From Candidatus Nitrospinota bacterium M3_3B_026 (GTDB lineage Bacteria > Nitrospinota_A > UBA7883 > JBPRGF01): a DNA stretch of 64,000 bases. This document shows, piece by piece, positions 58,395-64,000 of this stretch. Where the stretch lies: positions 64,001 to 128,000 of the forward strand of contig JBPRGF010000017.1 of NCBI GenBank assembly GCA_051418015.1, written 5' to 3'. The notes under the pieces are model-generated. The model was given only the letters and a program-made list of their open reading frames with translations. It was not told the DNA's origin and searched no databases. Within the stretch, counting starts at the first letter, position 1, and each line of letters starts with the position of its first letter. The position numbers and the translations under genes are program-made.

Positions 58395-60109
58395 AAGGCA
58401 TCCGCTCGCTCGGCAAATCCGGTTCGGGGCCTGTGTTCATCGACACGCCCCGGCTGATAGAGACCCGGATGCTGATACAGGCCAACTCCGGGGCGGGCAA
58501 GTCCTGGGCCATCCGGCGGTTGCTGGAGCAGACCTACGGCCAGACTCAACACATCGTTATCGACCCTGAAGGCGAGTACGCCACCCTGCGGGAACAGTTC
58601 GACTACGTGATCTGCGCCCCTTCCGGCGGCGACGCCCTGGCGAGCCCCAAGACCGCGTCATTGCTCGCCCGCCGGATACTGGAGCTTCGCGTGTCGGCCG
58701 TCATCGACATCTACGAGATGAAGGCTCATGAGCGGCAACGGTTCGTGAAGTTGTTTCTTGAATCCCTCATGAACGCCCCCAGGACGCTATGGGGACCCGT
58801 CCTCGTGGTCATTGACGAGGCGCACGTCTACTGCCCGGAGAAGGGGAAGGCGGAGAGCGCCGGAGCCGTGATCGACCTCGCCACGCGCGGGCGCAAACGC
58901 GGTTTCTGCGCCGCTCTCGCCACGCAGAGACTGTCCAAACTCCACAAGGACGCCGCAGCCGAGATGCTGAATAAGCTGATCGGCCGGACAGGGCTCGACG
59001 TGGACGTGAAACGCGCCGCGGACGAGCTTGGGCTGACGAAAGAGAGAGCCCGCGAACTGAGGAACCTCAAACCCGGCGAGTTCTACGCTTACGGCCCCGC
59101 CCTGTCGCTCAACGAGCTGGCTCCGCTGACGATCGGCCCGGTCAAGACCACTCACCCGAAGGTCGGCCATCGCGGAGACGCGGCGCCTCCCGCGCCGTCG
59201 GCGAAAGTCAAAAAACTTCTCGCCGAGCTCAAGGACCTGCCGAAGGAGGCGGAGACGGAGGCGCGGACCGTAACGGAGTTGAGGGCGGAGAACATGAAAC
59301 TCCGCCGCGCTTTGACCGTGGCGGAGAAACGGGTTGAGCGCGGAGGCGTTCCCGAACGGGAGGTCGAGAGGCGGATAAGGGAGGCTGTCGCGACCGTGAA
59401 GAAAGAAGCGGTGTCTGGTGAAACCAGAGCCGCCGATTCGCGCTGCTCAAAGGCCCTTCAACGCATAATCGTCACGGCGCAAAAAGCCCTCGAGGCGCAG
59501 GCGCCACGACATGACCAGGCCACTGCGCCCTCTAACGGCCCCCCCACAAGAGAGAGCAGAACGAGCAACACGCCCCCTGCTCCCGCTTCCCTGTCCGCGT
59601 GCCCCGCACAGGCAGGAGTGGACGGGCTTCGATCCGGCGCCGTAAGGATACTCCAGGAGCTTGCGGCGCGGCGTCCGGCTGGATATTCACGCTCCCAGGT
59701 AGCCACCCTGACGGGTTTCAGCCCCAAGGGGGGCACGTTCAACACCTATCTCGGCGACCTGCGGCGCGGAGGCTTCATCCGTGACGAGGGCAAACGTGGC
59801 CTGGTGTACGTGACCGACGAAGGTGTCCTGGCGCTTGGAAAATCCATCAAGGATACCCCCAAGACCCACGAGGAAGTGATGGATTTGTGGCGGAGGGCTC
59901 TGAGAAAAGGCGCCTACCGGATGCTCGAAGAGGTGGTGGCCGCCGGTCCGGCCGGACTATCCCGCGAAGAGATAGCGGTCCGGGTGGACATGACCATGAC
60001 CGGCGGGACATTTAACACCTATTTGGGCGACCTGCGGCGCAACGGGCTTGTCAAGGATCGCGACGGCTCGGTCACGGCAACCGGGATTCTTTTCCCGGAG
60101 GCAGTATGA
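58391..60109 (+). CDS. HerA/DUF87-like P-loop ATPase with coiled coil and two C-terminal winged-helix repeats
   Basis: QANSGAGKS, IDPEGEY, VIDEAH, ATRGRKRG, ATQR; GGTFNTYLGDLRR occurs twice. Confidence 0.85.
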   Translation: MKGIRSLGKSGSGPVFIDTPRLIETRMLIQANSGAGKSWAIRRLLEQTYGQTQHIVIDPEGEYATLREQFDYVICAPSGGDALASPKTASLLARRILELRVSAVIDIYEMKAHERQRFVKLFLESLMNAPRTLWGPVLVVIDEAHVYCPEKGKAESAGAVIDLATRGRKRGFCAALATQRLSKLHKDAAAEMLNKLIGRTGLDVDVKRAADELGLTKERARELRNLKPGEFYAYGPALSLNELAPLTIGPVKTTHPKVGHRGDAAPPAPSAKVKKLLAELKDLPKEAETEARTVTELRAENMKLRRALTVAEKRVERGGVPEREVERRIREAVATVKKEAVSGETRAADSRCSKALQRIIVTAQKALEAQAPRHDQATAPSNGPPTRESRTSNTPPAPASLSACPAQAGVDGLRSGAVRILQELAARRPAGYSRSQVATLTGFSPKGGTFNTYLGDLRRGGFIRDEGKRGLVYVTDEGVLALGKSIKDTPKTHEEVMDLWRRALRKGAYRMLEEVVAAGPAGLSREEIAVRVDMTMTGGTFNTYLGDLRRNGLVKDRDGSVTATGILFPEAV

Positions 60110-60393
60110 AAACCACCGTCGTCAACGTCAAACACGGCCCTTGCGATGTGTACATAGGCCGTCCGCATCCCAGGTATCCAGGTGGAAGTATCTGGGGAAA
60201 CCCCTACAAGACTCCGCCGTTCTCGCGGCCGGAGTCCATCCGCAAGTACCGCAGGCACATAAAGCGGAAGCTGAAAGAGAACCCCGAGCTGCGGGAAGAG
60301 CTGGAAAAGCTGCGCGGCAAACGGCTCGGCTGCTGGTGTAAACCGTACCCCTGCCACGGAGACGTCCTGGTCGAGCTTCTGGAAGGTTCCTGA
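60106..60393 (+). CDS. DUF4326-family protein
   Basis: DVYIGR...WGNP...GKRLGCWCKP.PCHGDVL. Confidence 0.88.
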   Translation: MKTTVVNVKHGPCDVYIGRPHPRYPGGSIWGNPYKTPPFSRPESIRKYRRHIKRKLKENPELREELEKLRGKRLGCWCKPYPCHGDVLVELLEGS

Positions 60394-60394
60394 A

Positions 60395-60598
60395 ATGCAT
60401 GAGTACGAAAGCACGCGGCGTGTCTGCTATGGCTCGGAGGACAAAGACCCCGGTCTGGCGGTGTTCGTTCCGGTCTGTCCGCGTTGCGGCCGGTACGTGA
60501 AAGCCGACGCGGAGATATTCATCTGGAAGCCGGAGGAGCCGAACGCTACGTGCAAGAAGTGCGGCCGGGTATCGATGTATTTCGAGGGTTATTTCTGA
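60395..60598 (+). CDS. Small zinc-ribbon protein
   Basis: CPRCG...CKKCG; abuts its neighbours. Confidence 0.7.
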   Translation: MHEYESTRRVCYGSEDKDPGLAVFVPVCPRCGRYVKADAEIFIWKPEEPNATCKKCGRVSMYFEGYF

Positions 60599-60612
60599 AA
60601 GGAGGAAACACG

Positions 60613-61092
60613 GTGAGAAACGATGACCGGGAGACAAAGGTTAAAGACCAGACGGGCGAGCCCGCCAACGGCTCTTCGCCGCGGGCGGGGATGTCGCTTG
60701 CGGCGGGCTCGCCGGAGCTTGACGAACACTCGTATCTGCTGGCGCTGCTCGCGGTTCAGCTGGACGTCCTGGCCGTTGAGGCCCCGGAGGCCGCGGCGGA
60801 GTTCCTGTCGGCGCGCCTGGGCCGAGAAGTGGAGCCAGAGGAGATGGAGGACATGGACGGGCTGTTCTACGAGCTGGTCCTCTCCAGCCATGAATCCCCC
60901 TATTCGCTTCGTTCGTGGCTGCGGCGGACGCTGATGGAGAACGCGCTGGAGGACCACGCGCTGGGGAGGACGCCCCTGATGCGGCGGGCTCGCGGCTACC
61001 TCGGCCTGGAGCCGCGTGTCAAACGGACCGTCGCGCCGCGATCCCTGGCGCGATCCCTGGAGGAGAGGCGGGCCGGAAAGGAGGAGCGATGA
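60613..61092 (+). CDS. Hypothetical protein
   Basis: AAAGGAGG 7 nt before the GTG at 60613; stop overlaps the next ATG. Confidence 0.7.
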   Translation: MRNDDRETKVKDQTGEPANGSSPRAGMSLAAGSPELDEHSYLLALLAVQLDVLAVEAPEAAAEFLSARLGREVEPEEMEDMDGLFYELVLSSHESPYSLRSWLRRTLMENALEDHALGRTPLMRRARGYLGLEPRVKRTVAPRSLARSLEERRAGKEER

Positions 61093-61289
61093 AGAAAAGG
61101 AAAAGGAAGGGCGAAGACATGATCCTGCTGGCCTTTTCGCCGACGGATCGCGAGCTTCTCGAGCTCTGGCTTGCGCTGGGTCCCCACAGGAACGCGCGGA
61201 GGGTTCCCTGCCGGGCCGTGGACCTGCGCGGTTACGACGTTCAGATTCTTCCGGGGATGGGACTCACGCTGGTATCGAGCCGTAATTAG
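61089..61289 (+). CDS. Hypothetical protein
   Basis: GGAGGAG SD and ATGA overlap; begins MKKRKRKG. Confidence 0.6.
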   Translation: MKKRKRKGEDMILLAFSPTDRELLELWLALGPHRNARRVPCRAVDLRGYDVQILPGMGLTLVSSRN

Positions 61290-61300
61290 GGGAGGAAGCG

Positions 61301-61489
61301 ATGGGAAACGGCAAGGAAGCGGAATGCATAGGCTGCGGCTGTTCGGACGGCCGCGCCTGCGTGGACGATTACGGCGTCCCCTGCCACTGGATCCGGCTGG
61401 ACAGGGACGCCGGGACGGGAGTCTGCTCCCACTGCGAGGAGATGGCGGAGACATGGGACAGGGAGACAAAAGTTCGAAAGGCCGGCTGA
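61301..61489 (+). CDS. Cys-rich phage-type small protein
   Basis: GGAGG SD; CIGCGCSD..AC...CHW...CSHC. Confidence 0.75.
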   Translation: MGNGKEAECIGCGCSDGRACVDDYGVPCHWIRLDRDAGTGVCSHCEEMAETWDRETKVRKAG

Positions 61490-61719
61490 CGGCGCTGGAG
61501 GCGCTGTCGGCCCTGGACGGTCTGCGCCGGGGCCGGCGCGTGACGCTGGTGGCGGTGACGCGCTACCACGGCGTCGTCGCCGAGCCGGTGGTTTACGAAG
61601 GGCGGAGCGGCCCGGTGGCGCGGTTTCTGATGGACGGGGACACGTACCTCGACGTTCCGGTCGAGGACATCGGGTCGCTGGTCCCCAAACCGGCCGGCGG
61701 AGGCGGACGCCGCGGCTGA
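61453..61719 (+). CDS. Hypothetical protein
   Basis: Fills the gap with plausible codon usage; start uncertain. Confidence 0.5.
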   Translation: MGQGDKSSKGRLTALEALSALDGLRRGRRVTLVAVTRYHGVVAEPVVYEGRSGPVARFLMDGDTYLDVPVEDIGSLVPKPAGGGGRRG

Positions 61720-61748
61720 CCAACGATCAAACGATCACGGGGGTGATA

Positions 61749-64000
61749 ATGGAAGAGATACAGCGGCTCAAGGAGCTGGTCGATCTTCATGGCCTGGCAT
61801 CCAGGCTGGGCCTGGAGCGTCCCGGCGGGCGGGGCAACTACCGCAGTCCGAAACACGACGACAAAAACCCTTCCCTATCCGTTTTCGCCGACGGGAAGGC
61901 GTGGAAGGATCATTCGACGGGCGAGGGCGGGTCGTGCATCGACCTGGTGAAATACGTCCAGGGCGCGGACACGGCGGAGGCGGTGAGGCTTCTGTGCGAG
62001 TGGTACGGAGTCGGCGCCGGAGAGCACTCCCCTTCCGCTTCCCGGGAAAAGTCGCTTCCTGAGTACATAGCCGGAAGATGCCTGGAGAAGGCCCGTGACG
62101 CGGCGGGCTACCTGTCGGGCCGTGGGATTTCCGAACCGGTCATAGAGAACGCCATAAGGTCGAAAACCCTCGGCTGGAACACGTGGACCAGCCAGAAACT
62201 TTCCCCTGGGGATCCCATGTACGGCGGCCCGGCGGCGGCGTTCATCACTCGTTCGATAAATCCCGGCCACGTCGTTGCGGTCGACCTGCGCTATGAGAAT
62301 CCCGATCTCAACGGCGGCCTGAAAACCGTCTGCCACGGTGAGAAGTCGGGTCATCCGTGGGCGTCGAGCTGGGAGTCCGTCCGCCGGGCGAGGGTCGTTT
62401 ATATCGTCGAGTCGCCGATCAACGCGCTGTCGGTGGAGACGGCGGGGATAAAGGGCGCGGCGGCTGTGGCCACGCGGGGCGTGTCTGCCGTGGGTTCGAT
62501 CGACTGGCGTTTCCTGCGTGGCAAGACGGCGGTCGTCGTCATGGACAACGACGACCCGGGCGAGGACGGGCGCAGGCCCGGTCCCGAGGCGGCGTGGGAG
62601 ATAAACGAGCGTCTGACGGCGCTTTCCGCCGCGTCGCTGATGGCCGACCAGGGCGAATGGGAGCATAACGACGTCAACGATATCCTGCGCGACGCCGGTG
62701 TTGACGAGCTTCGCCGGGTTCTGCGGAAGCTCGAGCCGTGGGCGATCCCCGGCCTGCCGGGCAGGGACGGGAAAGGCCGGGCGCGCGTATGGCTCCCCCC
62801 GCACGACTACGCCCAGTACTGGCGTTTCCGGGTGAGGGAGGATTTCACGAGCCACGTGTCCCGCGCCGATCCCGGCGACGACGGGGAAGAGCGCCTGCGT
62901 TTCGAGGACGTGGCCGGTTTCCGCGTGGCGTCGCTTTCGCGGGTGGAGGTGGCGGGCGCGGTGTCGGTGATGACGGGCGAGGATGACGTGTCGCCGAGGG
63001 TGAGCTTCGCCGTGAGCGCGCAGGTTCCGCGGCACGGGCCGAACCTTCTGCGTCGCGTCTTCGCGGACGAGGACCTGAGCAACGTTGAGAAGTGGAAGAA
63101 GTTCGGTCCTGTGTTCAAGCCGTATCTGTTCTCGCGCCTGGTGACGATCTGGGAGCGGGCGGCGCGGATCGGCGAGCGGCGCGTGGCGAACTTCGTGGGC
63201 CTGGCCTGGCTGGACGGCAAACCGGTGGTCAACGAAGGCCCGGACTGCTACTTCACGGACCCCGAGAAACAGTGCCCCTACCATTCGCTCACGTTTCCAT
63301 CGGGACCCGTCCACGAAGCAAGACGGGTCATATCCGCCTGGCAGGAGACTTTCAGGAAGAACGCGGCGGCGACGCTTCTAGCCTGGGGGCTGGGGTCGCA
63401 TTTAAAAGCGTTTCTCGGGTTCTGGCCGCACATGATCATGCAGGCGGACAAGGGAGCCGGCAAGAGCACGCTGGTCAAGCGCCTTGAGCGGACGATCGCG
63501 ATGACGATGTTCAGCGGCCAGAGCCTGGGGACGGAGTTCCGGCTGCTGACCAGCGTGTCGCACACGTCGCATCCGGTGGGCTGGGAGGAGCTTTCGGCGC
63601 GCAAGCAGGAGGTGATCGACAAGGCGGTGGCCCTGTTGCAGGAGGGTTACCAGTACTCGGTGACCAGGCGCGGCAGCGAGATGACGGAATATCTCATCAG
63701 CGCCTCCGTGCTGCTCGCCGGGGAGGACGTGCCGGTCAGGTCGCTGCTGGGCAAGGTCGTCCGGACCGAGCTCACCGGCCGGAAGGGAGCGCTTCTGCCG
63801 CACGATCTGCCGCGGTTCCCGATCCTTGAATGGCTGAAGTTTCTGGCCGGGCTCGACCGCGAACGGGCCCTGGAGGGGCACGCCCGGGCACTCGAATACC
63901 TGCTCGCCCGCAGCCGCGCTCCGAAGGAGGACACGCAGGCGCAGAGGATGTCCGGCAATTACGCCGCCGTTCTGTTCTCGTGGCGGCTTCTCTGCGAGTT
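61749..64000 (+). CDS. TOPRIM primase fused to a P-loop helicase-like domain (partial)
   Basis: Missing from the ORF track because it is open at the edge. MEEIQRLKELVDLHGLASRLG..SPKHDDKNPSLS..WKDHSTGEGG; YIVESPINALS and MDNDD (TOPRIM); QADKGAGKST (Walker A). Confidence 0.88.
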   Translation, partial: MEEIQRLKELVDLHGLASRLGLERPGGRGNYRSPKHDDKNPSLSVFADGKAWKDHSTGEGGSCIDLVKYVQGADTAEAVRLLCEWYGVGAGEHSPSASREKSLPEYIAGRCLEKARDAAGYLSGRGISEPVIENAIRSKTLGWNTWTSQKLSPGDPMYGGPAAAFITRSINPGHVVAVDLRYENPDLNGGLKTVCHGEKSGHPWASSWESVRRARVVYIVESPINALSVETAGIKGAAAVATRGVSAVGSIDWRFLRGKTAVVVMDNDDPGEDGRRPGPEAAWEINERLTALSAASLMADQGEWEHNDVNDILRDAGVDELRRVLRKLEPWAIPGLPGRDGKGRARVWLPPHDYAQYWRFRVREDFTSHVSRADPGDDGEERLRFEDVAGFRVASLSRVEVAGAVSVMTGEDDVSPRVSFAVSAQVPRHGPNLLRRVFADEDLSNVEKWKKFGPVFKPYLFSRLVTIWERAARIGERRVANFVGLAWLDGKPVVNEGPDCYFTDPEKQCPYHSLTFPSGPVHEARRVISAWQETFRKNAAATLLAWGLGSHLKAFLGFWPHMIMQADKGAGKSTLVKRLERTIAMTMFSGQSLGTEFRLLTSVSHTSHPVGWEELSARKQEVIDKAVALLQEGYQYSVTRRGSEMTEYLISASVLLAGEDVPVRSLLGKVVRTELTGRKGALLPHDLPRFPILEWLKFLAGLDRERALEGHARALEYLLARSRAPKEDTQAQRMSGNYAAVLFSWRLLCE

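Larger units (their letters stand above)
57428..64000 (+). mobile_element. Left end of a prophage or phage-like integrative element at the selC 3' end
   Basis: Abrupt switch to co-oriented, overlapping, small phage-type ORFs with DUF4326 and a primase-helicase; att-like motifs next to the tRNA. Integrase and right end are not in the window. Confidence 0.8.

Noticed and set aside
61037..61060. 12-bp tandem repeat CGCGATCCCTGG x2
   Set aside because: In-frame micro-duplication within a CDS, only two copies; probably slippage.
1..64000. Many long antisense or alternate-frame ORFs (e.g. 2066-3460, 5210-6541, 28683-30041, 37221-38936, 61875-63314)
   Set aside because: They shadow well-supported genes, which is expected in GC-rich DNA, and lack motifs and SD sites.

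Overview
GC-rich bacterial chromosome segment from a diderm organism. Gene content suggests a Nitrospinota- or Desulfobacterota-like lineage (inference only). Left to right: (1) a phosphate regulon (phoB-phoR-pstC-pstA-pstB-phoU, an OprO/P-type porin and a sensor-less His kinase) with four visible Pho-box dimers and no pstS in the window; (2) nadC; (3) a radical-SAM/glycosyltransferase cluster interrupted by palindromic repeats and an AT-rich HEPN-motif gene; (4) secA, an AT-rich islet, a cyclophilin, an FmdB-type zinc-ribbon protein (possible selenoprotein), an HDAC-family protein and a pilin; (5) a sugar ABC importer; (6) a sigma54/IHF-type promoter driving two unannotated 41- and 34-aa membrane proteins; (7) a LolA-like/ABC/outer-membrane operon; (8) sucCD-korAB-ndk, uvrC and etfB-etfA-fixCX(fused); (9) polysaccharide genes, DUF2062, a CheX-like protein, a Rok-like DNA-binding protein and a RomR-like regulator; (10) tRNA-Sec, followed by the left end of an integrated phage-like element (Cys-rich small proteins, a HerA-like ATPase with tandem winged helices, DUF4326, a TOPRIM primase-helicase) that runs off the window. 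Several genes look leaderless. No CRISPR array or rRNA was seen. All family calls come from motif recognition by eye, not from database searches.
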